From NCBI RefSeq assembly GCF_001194135.2, contig NC_068984.1, forward strand, positions 22,190,183 through 22,254,182: a stretch of 64,000 nucleotides of DNA. Direction: 5' to 3'. The notes under the pieces are model-generated. The model was given only the letters and a program-made list of their open reading frames with translations. It was not told the origin of the DNA and did not search any database. Positions within the stretch are counted from its first letter, which is position 1. Every line of letters starts with the position of its first letter. Made by a program: the position numbers and the translations under genes. Shown here piece by piece: positions 51,241 to 64,000 of the stretch. This DNA comes from Octopus bimaculoides. Taxonomy: Eukaryota.

Positions 51241-51417
51241 TAACCCTTGGAGGACGCCTCTGCTAGCTGGTTATTTTTGCAACCAGCGCCCGATACATAT
51301 TGCAAGTAGGGGACTGTCTCTAGGGGATGAATATTCACCACGGGGGAGGATCATAGAGAGCTCGAAACAGTACGGTCTGGTGGTCTCGAGGCTGAAGGAG
51401 GCGTCTTCCTGGGGTTA
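51241..51417 (+). ncRNA. Structured hairpin element enclosing a decayed type I hammerhead
   Basis: 51241-60 pairs with 51398-417 at 19 of 20 positions. Inner CACCA/UGGUG stem I, mutated core CGGGGGA, G-C closed stem II, then GAAA-C...G-GUC. Confidence 0.55.
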
Positions 51418-51502
51418 AAATATTAGTAATGTCATTTCCTACGGATCACCGATGTTGAAGCGGCGATAAACATTACATCTGATATTTTATAACTAGCTAA
51501 TT

Positions 51503-51544
<42 letters not shown>

Positions 51545-54500
51545 GTTTTAAAGTAGGTCTACGCACAACCTGGTGGACCGTTATTGGCTTTCCAAATTGA
51601 GTTGAGTAAATATATCTATTTTTTATATATATATATATATATATACATACATGCATACATACATACAGAGGTTACATATATATATCCATGCATACATACA
51701 GAGGTTACATATATATTTTCATGCACCCATTACATACGTTAATACATGCATCCATACAGAACATATATATTTATACAAAGTATTACGTGTTCAACAACGT
51801 CTTTACGCAATCGTTGGTTTATCTATTTCACTTTCTTTCTAATAATTTTTGGGACAAATAAATTATTTAATGGATGTTGGAGAATTGCGTCATTGAGCAG
51901 ATTCCATAAGTTGCAGGGATATTTTTTTCATATGCAATAACCTATACTATTCAAAAACAAACAAAATGAATACAACAGAGTGTAGAAGAGAACTGAATTC
52001 TCTCATTAAAAGCTAAGGCTAGGAAGCCTTACTAATTTTCTGTTTTCATTATAATTAGAAATTTGTTATAAGAACAGAATGAACTTGTTTTCTGGTAGCC
52101 GTTGATTTGAATGAGTGTTGAATTTATAAATATATATATATATACATATATTACACACACGCATATATATATATATATATATACGCACATATACATATGC
52201 TTGATAATTTAATGTTTGTATATTACACGCTGTTGCATGTATCGTAGAGCGAAATAATTACCAAACAATAGCAAACATCATTAATAGTTATATACTTTTT
52301 GGGATTCGCTTAGCTTCAATAATGAAAATCAATAAACGTGTCGTTTATATCATTGTTTCTAACAACGATTGATGTCATTTGATGGTTCGTATTGTCTTTG
52401 TAGTTGTTATTCTTGTTATTAATATCGTGATCCTCTTTTTTTTTCTCTATAATATGATAGTTTCTGTTGCTTCTGATAACGGTATTGTTGATTTTGCTAC
52501 TGTAGCATTGTTGTGGATATGGCAGGGATTTTTGTTGCTCAAATAATTATGGGCGTTAAGTTGATTATATATACGCTGTTATCTATATGACAGTGTTCTG
52601 TTGTTGAGTTTGTTTCTGTTAATGTCTTTGCTAAAATTCTAGCCGCATCTTTTCTATGGTGATAGCCATTGTTGTTTACTTGTTCATCAAGTTGCCAACA
52701 ATGGCGTAGCATTTACAATTATCAACAGGGACTTGATATTGCTTCAGTAATATGACCAGTGTTGTTACATATATGAAGGCTCACGAAGCCGGTGGAGTGT
52801 ACGGAATCATAATTTATTGGACAATGTACGTACAAGCAATTATAGTAATCCCACGCGTTATGGAAGTGGTGTGTTCCTGAAACCCTAACCGTAACACGAA
52901 ATTAACTTTCCCATTCATTTATATGCTATAACATGATAAATGTTCCGACACAGCCATTTGTGTTCATAATAATAACAATTTCTAAACTATACAATATGTA
53001 TATATAAAAACGGTTGAACAGAAATATGTTCAAGTATAAATTAGAATCGTAATATTGTCTCAAAGTACGTTCTCCTCACAATAGATGTTGAGATTGACTA
53101 AGGTGTTAAAGATTCTTGGAGAAATGCGAGTTACGGAGAGGATGAGGAAATCTAATTTCTATTTTATAGTTCAACGTCATCAACATCTGAGGGACGGATA
53201 ATTCATCCTCAATTATTTGATGTTAATGGATGCATCACCTCTTTGTACAACTCAGTGTAGGAACTGAGCTCATTGTAAACTCCTCTTGAAAATTTTATGT
53301 TACGTTCACGATGTGAGACATTATCAGTAAGAACTTGCAAATCTAACACTAACTATCAATCTCTATCAATATTCTTTACGGTCAGAGATGATGGAATTTT
53401 CGTATCCTCATGTTACATATCCCACAGCATCTTCTCGCTAAATAAATTGTCTTCAATTATCGGTAAATCCAACTGCAGCGCCGATGAACAACCATTCAAG
53501 ACCAAAGTCATGACATCAAACTTTTAAAATATAGTAAAAAATTATTTAATATGACACTTTCAATTTTAGATGGTTTGCTTTTCTTGTTTATATTATTGTT
53601 GCTGTTGTTTTTTTATCATTCATTAAGTGAGTTTGTGATAGCAGTGTCTCCACTGATCATTTTAGAGTTAATGAGATAATGATAGTAGTGAAGGTTGATA
53701 TTTATTATTTAATGCAGATAAAATCTAAAACAGAGTAGCTGTAAGTTTCTTGTTTACAACAGTACAATAGTCGTGCGAACTTATGTAGTATGTTGATGCA
53801 ATTATGTGTCAGAAACTGCTAAAAGTTAACCGTGTTTCCGTAAATTCAAAATTACTGACTGTATCCCAAGATTTTTCATAATCATATTTTACAATTTCCA
53901 TAAGCGAAAAATCCCGTAACCTGAGGTAGCCGTAATGCGAAGGACATCTGCGATTATGGTGGCCTTTGCTTATTCCCAAGTTAACCATGAGTGAGCAAAT
54001 CTATGATCAAAGGCATTCCTGTCGTAGTAACCTTGTATTTGTTTCAGTCAATTTTTAAAACGAAATACATTATCGAAAGTGTTAATTTTTAATATGGCAT
54101 GATGTCACTAGAGGGAGATTTGGCTACTATTGTTAACTGATTGTGCAACCGTGTTAACGCTCAATAAAACGAAGTAGTACAGCTGCCTTCATACTTGGCT
54201 CGAACCTCTACCACCCGGTATCGTTAAAATAATTTCTGTAAACATCCTGTGATTGCTTTATTCTTTTCTATATTTAACCTTCTGCCTTGTCAAAAGAAAT
54301 CAAGTTAATTAGCAAAGACATTGTTAATACATAATTTTCTTGTCGTCATCGTTACAGTGTCTATTATTTAATATTTCTGTCTCTCATGCAGTTATCCAAA
54401 CTGTCTTCATCTTTCCTTTGACGTTATCGATATTGTCTTAATTGTATTCTTTTTCGTCTGGTGGTGTTTTTATTTTAGTTATTGTCACGGTTGTTGTTTG

Positions 54501-57372
54501 GCCTCGGGTCAGCAGTGATTGATAACACAATCAGACATTCCAGAAGTGACTATACCGTTTTACCTCTGTTTCTCTACATAATGTGTACGTTTTTATTCTA
54601 AACTAATACAGTATGAATTGAAGGAATTTAGTTGCTATTTCTTCCCGGTCAAATAAACATAGTTGGTTGGTTTCCTATGGTGTTACTTCAACAAACGACT
54701 GATTAAAACGTTCTTCATTATCAATTTTGAACATATTTCATGTCTCTACCGTCACACACAGTAGGCGGTGCTCTGAGCAGGGCACTGATTTACAGTATGG
54801 AATCTCCATAGACACCAGTGGAACAGGATAGAAAGATGGCTGATCGAGTTGATAGTGGACCAAGACATTGAGAAGAAATAAAGTTTTAATGTTTCATTGT
54901 AGTTGATGCTCTCATTATTTATCACTGCTATTTTAGTTCTTAATGTTATGGTCGTTAATGCTATTATAATGTTTAGCCCAGTTCGACTGTTTAGATGTAA
55001 AATAAAAGGCATTGCAACAGTTAGCAAGCATCTTCTGTCTATATCAGGGTCAATAATGTCCTTTTGTAAGCCTATAGTGTGTGACTTGAAGGAAGTCCAG
55101 TTGTTGTTTCTTGTTGGTTATTGCCACAAATGCTGTTTATATTTGTCGTTATTTTAACAATGTCAAGAATATTAGTATTAGAATTTTTTGTTGTGGCCTT
55201 TGTTATTGTGTAGTGGATTGTAGCAAAATCAGAAGAACATCAGGAAAAGTGTGGTATTTTGCAGTGGTTTTGCGCGTTCGGTATCGCTTTTTATCCTTCC
55301 AGTGGAGATAAAGTAAGTGCCAGTCGTTTAATAGAATCGATTCAGTTGACTGTATCCTTAACTCAACAAAAGTTTCGTAATCTTGCGCCAATATTAAATA
55401 TCATTATAACTATTAAGAGGGTTGTGAGTTGGTAGAATCGATAAAGTCTCGAAGAAAATTTCTTGTTTGTTGTATCTGCTCCTATTTTTTACATTCTAGG
55501 TAGAAATCTCGCCAAACTGAGATGTCATCATTTCGGTGGCGATAAAATGGAGTACCGCTCCTGTACTGTGATTGATCGACTAAACTTTATTCGAAGTTGC
55601 TAGTCTTGTACTTAAATCAGAAACCGTTATTCACTGTTGTTAATGGTCATAGATTTCATATTTATATATTTCGTAAACCAAAAGCATATTTTTGTAGTAT
55701 CTAATTTTTTCTAATTAGGAACCCAGCTCAAAAAATCCTGCGAAAGTTGACGTTGATTCTCTCCCTTTCGGATCGATTAAAATAATTACCAGTCTTGTAC
55801 TAAAGTTAATTTATTCGACATCTTCCTTAATGCTGTAATATTAGAAGTCATTAAATTCGTTATAGTAATTTTTACCATTGTTGACATAGTTGCTGGTTCG
55901 TTGTGATAGCTATTGTTGATTTTCTAGCCTTAGAATACACAACTTTTCTGAGGTTAAATGAAAGTTTAATCAGAGATAGGAAGTAGTAGAAAGTAGAGTA
56001 AAAGATAAAAATAAATGCTGATGAGTGAAAGTGTCATGATAATAAAACTAACGTTATTGGAAGGGGAAATAATGTAGCAGTAGAAATTGGAGGTGGGAGA
56101 ATCTAACGTTCAGTGATAATAAAAGGGGGGGGGGTAATGGAAGAACTAATTTAATGGACTTGAGAGAGAAGGGGCTAGTAGAGAGAAAAGTATGTGAGAG
56201 GAAATGGGGAGAGGAGAAGTGTGTGATTTTGTGTGTACGTGTTTTTGTACATGTATGTAGATGACGAGTAATAAAATGGAAGACTGATAAATAAATGAGA
56301 GAAATGCAATAAAAAGAAAGGATGAAAGAAAGAGAAAGTGGGAACAGAAGAAAATAAAAAGAGTATGTGAGGAGATAAGATATTGGTAAAAAAATGCTGA
56401 TATTTTGAACCTCACAATTTCCGATGACCTTTCTTAATGACCTCACATCTACAACACAGCTCAAAATGCATCACAAGATTTAGACTTTTTTTTTTCATTG
56501 CCAGAAGTTTCCCAGATCCTAACAGATGTTGAATGTTTTACAGTGTAAGTGCGCGAACGACCCATTTTACAACAGCGCTGATACAAGGGCGCATTCGCTA
56601 CATATTTTAGGTCACCTCCAAAGAAAGGCATTGTTCTGTAGCTTTAATATTTAGTCTTCATATAGCAGTTAATGAATTCCAATATATTGTAAATATTAAC
56701 ACATCGATTTAAGTTTACTATGAAGAGAAATAAAGCAGACCTATGATTAGAGGTGTTCCGGCTGTGAACATCCTGTCTTTTTCCTTTGACTAAGGAATGT
56801 AATAAGATTATATTACGTAACGGGTCCTTTTCAAAGATATTTAGGTGAGAGTGATTTATGTTGTTCCTATCAGCTAGAGTGATCCAAAAGGAATTTAGCT
56901 GTTGGCTTGAAATTGTAAAAATAGCCCTTATAAGGATGATAGAGGGAAGAATCTGGTAGATTGCAGGACAAAATACATCATGATATTTAGTTACGTAGAT
57001 CTCTGGTATGATTTCAACTCTTTTTTGTCTTTCGTTACTTTCCAGTCAATAAAAACTGCTGGCACACTCCAATCAACTATATAGCTCCATTCACATCAAG
57101 ATGGATAGCCCTTTGCATTTTAAAAAATCAATTGGATCTATTTTAAAACGGGGGCGCCAGTTTTCATTTATGTTTTATGTAGTGTTTTTGGTACGGAAAG
57201 ACTTTCAAACTTCGTATACTTATCTATTTTGTGTTATAGAACAGAAAAATATTTTTGTATTCGAATTTATTTCATGTAAAAAATTGTCTTATTTCGATAA
57301 TTTCTACTAATCACTGATGTCTATTCAGTTGAAAACAGTTAGCGCTGTAACGGTGTATATCGTATTAATCCC

Positions 57373-58103
57373 NNNNNNNNNNNNNNNNNNNNNNNNNNNN
57401 NNNNNNNNNNNNNNNNNNNNNNNNNNNNNNNNNNNNNNNNNNNNNNNNNNNNNNNNNNNNNNNNNNNNNNNNNNNNNNNNNNNNNNNNNNNNNNNNNNNN
57501 NNNNNNNNNNNNNNNNNNNNNNNNNNNNNNNNNNNNNNNNNNNNNNNNNNNNNNNNNNNNNNNNNNNNNNNNNNNNNNNNNNNNNNNNNNNNNNNNNNNN
57601 NNNNNNNNNNNNNNNNNNNNNNNNNNNNNNNNNNNNNNNNNNNNNNNNNNNNNNNNNNNNNNNNNNNNNNNNNNNNNNNNNNNNNNNNNNNNNNNNNNNN
57701 NNNNNNNNNNNNNNNNNNNNNNNNNNNNNNNNNNNNNNNNNNNNNNNNNNNNNNNNNNNNNNNNNNNNNNNNNNNNNNNNNNNNNNNNNNNNNNNNNNNN
57801 NNNNNNNNNNNNNNNNNNNNNNNNNNNNNNNNNNNNNNNNNNNNNNNNNNNNNNNNNNNNNNNNNNNNNNNNNNNNNNNNNNNNNNNNNNNNNNNNNNNN
57901 NNNNNNNNNNNNNNNNNNNNNNNNNNNNNNNNNNNNNNNNNNNNNNNNNNNNNNNNNNNNNNNNNNNNNNNNNNNNNNNNNNNNNNNNNNNNNNNNNNNN
58001 NNNNNNNNNNNNNNNNNNNNNNNNNNNNNNNNNNNNNNNNNNNNNNNNNNNNNNNNNNNNNNNNNNNNNNNNNNNNNNNNNNNNNNNNNNNNNNNNNNNN
58101 NNN
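57373..58103. other. Assembly gap (others: 9311-9321, 12748-12757, 20311-20757, 21941-21950, 33245-33541, 44683-45033, 61354-61413)
   Basis: N runs, mostly flanked by microsatellites. Confidence 0.99.
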
Positions 58104-58170
<67 letters not shown>

Positions 58171-58711
58171 TAAATGACAGAATGGTTTTTGATCATAGAT
58201 ATAATAAATTAGGTTTGACCTAGAGCAACGCAACAACACAACATGAATATATTAATCTGACACCTCGCTAAACTTATTTACTTGTCATCAAACTGCTTCT
58301 GTGTACATTTGCAGCGTTTTCCCTAGATATTCGTGTTATTCTGTAATACAATATTGACACAGAGTTTCTTTATTTTTTTTATCAAGAAATTAGTCCAATT
58401 TGTCAAATAAACCATCTTCACTCGAATAATAAAAGGTAATTATCATGTTTTGTTTAGGTTCTGCAATCGTTTTTTCTCGCTTTATCATCATTTCATTCCT
58501 GCAGTAAAACTGTAAAAGAACTGTTTAACGTTAAGCTACAGAGATAAAAAAAATGTTCGTTCATGTCGAGGTGTATCAGATACATAAACAATTCTGTTCT
58601 CCTTTTGTGAACAGCAATAAATTTGACGTACATCTATCTAATTACAGTATAAAATAGACAATAAGGCTCTCAATAACGACTCATGTTCACACTGTAACAA
58701 CAATGCAACGA

Positions 58712-58744
<33 letters not shown>

Positions 58745-60889
58745 ATGATTATACACACAATTATCTTATGAACTTCATTAGCTTACAGCTGTTTCTGCTA
58801 TATGATTCAGTGGACTCATAGCTGAATACTTGAGTAAAACCTTGTAGCTACAATTTCTACAGAGCCACAAAAAATCGAACTAAACTAGCGAACCCCTATA
58901 TGAAACTTCGATTTGCTATAAACAGCAACCAAATTGTCCTCAAAACATACTCTAGTGTTTTAAAAGTGGACAGACATAATGGATAAAATAGTTACAGTTA
59001 TACTATATCTTAAGAAAATAGGACGGTATGGTCATTATTGGAAACCGTTTGATCCGTTCTATCAGGGTGGTTATACAACAATAGCAAATACATTTTAGTT
59101 GGCTCATGTTCATCGCCAATTTAAAAATATAATTAAATATAACCAAAAATGAAATTATAATTTTAATTCCATGCAAGGTGTGAATTTTTTTTCTTAATTT
59201 ATCGATATAGTCGAAATCAATATAACATTACCAGTGATCTATTATTTTTGCCTCTTCGACGACTTACTATAGAACTTAGAAAATTGGTTAAAAGATTTTA
59301 AAAATAACTAAATTATAGCAACTATTAAGTTCTCTATTATAAAGTTTGCAAATATTTTTAATTAATTGCAGTAATTTTTAGACACTAACAAGCATCCTGG
59401 GAAATTGCCACGAAGTTTTGATTCCTTCGAGAGAGCTTGGCCACAATTCTTTTCTGTGTTTACATTCTGTCAGTTAATGAACTTCTTATATGTCAACCTT
59501 TTAAAAAATACCTGATACAACTGCGAGTATGACTACGTCACATGTGTGATATTTAAATGATTTCTAATAAAGGCAAAAAAGCTCATCACTTGCTTGTGAG
59601 ATATTACTGCACCCAATACCCGACCAGATGACAACCAGCTATTTCCATGGTTTTCGTTGAGAATCTACAACCCTTGGTAGAGAACCACATCAGCCGTAAC
59701 AAAATGAACTAGATGATGTTACACTACTTATTAATTCCCTACATGATTGTTAAAATCTGCTAATTTCCTTGGAGAGAGTAGGAAATTGTGTAGGGATCTA
59801 TTTGGATGGTAACAATACAAAATAACTTCATCGTTGTTAGCAAAAGAAGAAACAAATACAAAGTAAAGCTTTAAGCGATAATATTCTTTGTGTGGAAGGG
59901 TTTTAGATATTCATGTTCATATATGATGAGCTCTGGAAATGATTTATTCTTCCCGATAGGCAATGGTATGGATAGCTTGCAACAACCTGGTCAATATTTG
60001 AACATACGCTTTAAACTGATATTTTAAAATCGAAATTTTTCGTCTGTTCTTAGGCCAGTTCTTTTGCATGGTTTAGAGATATTGTCAATTCCCATAAGGC
60101 TTCAAAAATAATTAGATGGTTGTTACAAACGACTTCTACGAAAGGTAAGAAATCTTACGTAGAAAACGCTTCCAAAATTGAAACAAATTAATAGGACAAA
60201 CAATAATAGCCGCTTATTTCTTCTATGAAATTCTCCTGTGGTTGACTTTATCTAATATCATTATAACAGCAGATAGATTATATTAAGATCAAATATATCA
60301 CCTGCGCTATTTCACTGCAATCGAGACATTTTGCTGATAAAATATAATTATAATAATTTTATTTTCACTCTCAAACACGATTTCTACAAGAAAAGTGAAA
60401 GTAATAGACAGATATGTTTAAATAAAACTATATTGCAGCTATCACTGTTTCATAGGCGTTCTATGATGTATTATGAAGAACAAATAGGCTTCAACAGCCT
60501 ACCAGATCATAAATTCTTTGCAGCAACAACCATGTAATAATAATTGATGATTTCCAATGATTGTAAACTCATGACTATTAATATGCATTTGGGGAGAAAT
60601 TTCTGTTATGCTTCCTTTAATTTAGTTTTTCAAAACATTATTTTGGCAGCACAATACTAAACATGATACATTAAAAAGAAGCGAAACTAATTTATTCAAC
60701 ATAGCGTTCAATAAGTAAAGTAGAATTGTATGAATGTATTATAACTTAGGTGCTGTTTGCATAGAAGTCGTCCAACATTTAGAACACATCTACGTCCATG
60801 TTTTTGAAAAAAGCTCCCTTTATTGAGTATTATGAATCAAACGGCGAAAAGCATTTTAAAACTATATTAAATAATAACTTGGTGTGCGC

Positions 60890-61810
60890 GCGCGCGTGTG
60901 TGTGTGTGCGTGTGCGTACACACACACACACACACACATATGTACATATATACACATATATATATATACACATATATACACATATATAAACATATATACA
61001 GACATATATACACATATATACACACATATATAAACACATATATACACACATATATACACACATATATACACACATATATAAACACATATATACACACATA
61101 TATACACACATATATACACACATATATACACACATATATACACACATATATACACACATATATACACACATATATAAACATATATATACACACATATATA
61201 AACATATATATACACACATATATAAACATATATATACACATATATAAACATATATATACACACATATACACACATATATACACACATATACACACACACA
61301 TATATATATATATATACACACACACATATACAAGCATATATTTATATATAAACNNNNNNNNNNNNNNNNNNNNNNNNNNNNNNNNNNNNNNNNNNNNNNN
61401 NNNNNNNNNNNNNATATATAAACATATATATACACACATATATAAACATATATATACACACATATATAAACATATATATACACCCATATATAAACATATA
61501 TACACACATATATAAACATATATATACACACATATATAAACATATATATACACACACATATATAAACATATATATACACATATATAAACATATATATACA
61601 CACATATATAAACATATATATACACATATATAAACATATATATACACATATATAAACATATATATACACACATATACACATATATACACACATATACACA
61701 CACACATATATATATATATACACACACACATATACAAGCATATATTTATATATAAACACATTCACACACATATTTATATATACATATATAAACACATTCA
61801 CACACACACA
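60890..61810. repeat. Compound (CA)/(TA) satellite with 12-bp and 24-bp higher-order units, spanning a gap
   Basis: Units TATATACACACA and TATATAAACATATATATACACACA; N-gap at 61354-61413. Confidence 0.95.
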
Positions 61811-61958
61811 CATATATATGTACGCATACATCTGCACACATTTAAATAAAAAGCTTATGTTTATTGAGACAAGCGGATGAAGAACGCAATTTAACTGTCT
61901 CCTAGTTAACACACCATCACTGATGTGTGGTTATATATATATATGAAGCTGGCAACAG

Positions 61959-62066
61959 TATGATTATATGTAAAAGAACATATGATTATATGTAAAAGAA
62001 CATATGATTATATGTAAAAGAACATGATTACATGTAAAAGAACATATGATTATATGTAAAAGAACA
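61959..62066. repeat. 22-bp minisatellite, five units
   Basis: TATGATTATATGTAAAAGAACA repeated directly five times; the fourth unit is a 20-bp variant. Confidence 0.95.
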
Positions 62067-62344
62067 TTACCAGACAGTGTTATGTTCGTGCCTTACTCGT
62101 ATGTCTCAACACATATATCTATTTGACCCAGATACGCCACTAATCAAATATAGAAATTACTTTTAAACTCGAGTAAATGTATTTAAGAAACAGACAGTGA
62201 AACTCGACTACAGTTAGACGAGATACATCTGGCCAGTGAAAATCCTTTAAACACCAGTGCCAAATCCGATAGGACATATTTCATTGAGAGTAATGTAAAT
62301 TCACAGTGAAGGTTACTTGATCAGTGCAGGTTTCATCAGTATTT

Positions 62345-62660
62345 AGATGACAACGTTCAGATTCCACCGAGCTCAGCGTTGCTTTCATCCTTCTGGGGTC
62401 GCAAAAATTATATAGCAGCCTATTTATTGGCGTCAGTAATATCGACCCTCACCCACTCCGCCAAATTACGAGATTACGAACCATCCAACGAGATGGCAGA
62501 CTCGTTAGAATGTCGGAAATGTTGCCTTGTAGTATTTCTTCCGATTATTTACCTTCTGAATCCAAATCCGGCTGTGGTTAGCTTTGCCTTTCGTTTTTCG
62601 GAGAGGACAAAATAAAGTACCAATCAAGTAATAGAGTGGAGACCATCGATTAATCAGCCC
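62345..62660 (+). mobile_element. Two degenerate tandem SINE family B copies
   Basis: GCTTTCATCCTTCTGGGGTCG, then head GAGATGGCAGACTCGTTAGAATG and GCTTTGCCTTTCG...AAATAAAGTACC. Confidence 0.5.
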
Positions 62661-64000
62661 TACATAATATTGCTGCTGTTGAGCCTGAGTCAATAGCGAT
62701 TATGATTCGTATTCATAGCTTGGGGAATTCGGTGGAAGTTTTTTGCCTGCAGCAAGAAATTCATATATCTGAGAGGACATGTACGCTGTTCATAAAAATG
62801 TTGAAGGTTATCAAAAATGTTCAGTGGAAAAACAGATTATAGTAGCGGAAGTTAAGCATGATTTTCATGTTTAATGAGGTCGTGCAGGATTCAAATTTAA
62901 CAAATGAATTATGACAATAGAAGCTTACAGTTGTGGAAATGATGGAATAAATTGTTGCTACCTCTCACTGTGGTGTTGTCAAATAGGTGTACAACCAACG
63001 GTTTGGGAAGTTAATCATATGAAACCGAATAAAATCTTTCTCGCAAATATAATTTTGTAAAATTAAGTACCCATCACTTCTCTACATGAATAATTTCATT
63101 TATAACTATTCAATATTCCTGCTGTTTAGTATTATGAAAGCTATTTTTAGGATAATGTCAGATTAGAAATGTGACGATAGTTAAGTTTGGGCATCTGCTT
63201 ATTTTTTTTTCCGGGGAGTCATTGATGTTCTACAAGTTGAACGTCAATTATACTCTTGATCTGAAACATTTAGGAGGATTTTTGTCGTTGCTTCGGAATG
63301 CAGTATGTCACACGACAACCGACAAAAATACTGAATGTTGTCAATACCACGATTTTTCTAATTTCCGAAGATGTTTATAGCAAGATTCAAATTAGATATT
63401 GTAGTCCTGTGGGGAAATGGTTTTTCAGTTTCTGTTGTGGTTACCTAACTAGTTAACATTTTGTTACACTTAGATCCGTTCTAGAAAAAAAATATAAAAA
63501 AACAATTTGCTTCCAAAATGTTTGTAATTATTATTTAGTCGGTAGTATCTTAACTTCTATTTTATCACAGAGTATTTCTCGAGAGAATTTTTGCAGCTTG
63601 TTTTCCAAAACGCGGCTTTGAGAAAACATGCTATTACCTAAAGAGGGTACTTTTCTGTTTTGCTTTAAGCATTCAAGTATTTCTAGTCGTGTTTGTTCAT
63701 TGTTTGAATGTCATTCAATCGTGATACAGTACGCATTTTTGTTATTTCTCCTAGAAGGGTTATATATTGCGATTTGGGTTATTTGCTTCGCTACGTAGAA
63801 TATCTATTCTTTAATTAAATTTGCTCTTTCAGTTATCTATTCTTTGTTGGTGTTTGGTTTTGTAACAATGCTTTGTATATATAATCACACAGTCTAATCA
63901 CAAACTGTTTAACTGAGTAATGTAAATGGTGATCGTAATGTTATGACTCATTATTTCCCTGTGTGCCTTGCTGATGGCGTTAATTAAATGTTGGTCTTAA

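Noticed and set aside
60830-61912. 360-aa and other long ORFs (also 20128-20802, 33097-33684, 57317-58239)
   Set aside because: Translations of CA/TA satellites and N-gaps.
61959-62066. CRISPR-like regular repeats
   Set aside because: The units are contiguous with no unique spacers, in eukaryotic DNA; this is a minisatellite.

Overview
AT-rich, microsatellite-dense animal DNA with several assembly gaps and no recognisable protein-coding gene, consistent with a large intron or intergenic region. The tRNA-headed SINE families suggest an octopus (coleoid cephalopod) genome; this is inferred from recalled repeat families, not from a search. Nearly all ORFs in the track are artefacts of (TA)n, (CA)n and (GA)n repeats, N-gaps or SINEs. 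Three working-label SINE families (A, B, C) recur, along with a decayed CR1/Jockey-like LINE RT fragment and other dispersed repeats. Two observations stand out. (1) A type I hammerhead ribozyme with an intact catalytic core (6772-6859) sits at the tip of a ~140-nt rod inside a 346-bp unit with a 54-bp terminal redundancy, i.e. a retrozyme-like or Penelope-associated element; several decayed hammerheads of unrelated sequence occur elsewhere in the window. (2) A near-complete 5S rRNA copy is fused to a LINE/SINE-type 3' tail with structurally compensated stem-loops and a (TAAA)n end (47165-47357), a candidate 5S-derived SINE. Repeat boundaries were placed by eye and may be off by some bases; all folds are manual.
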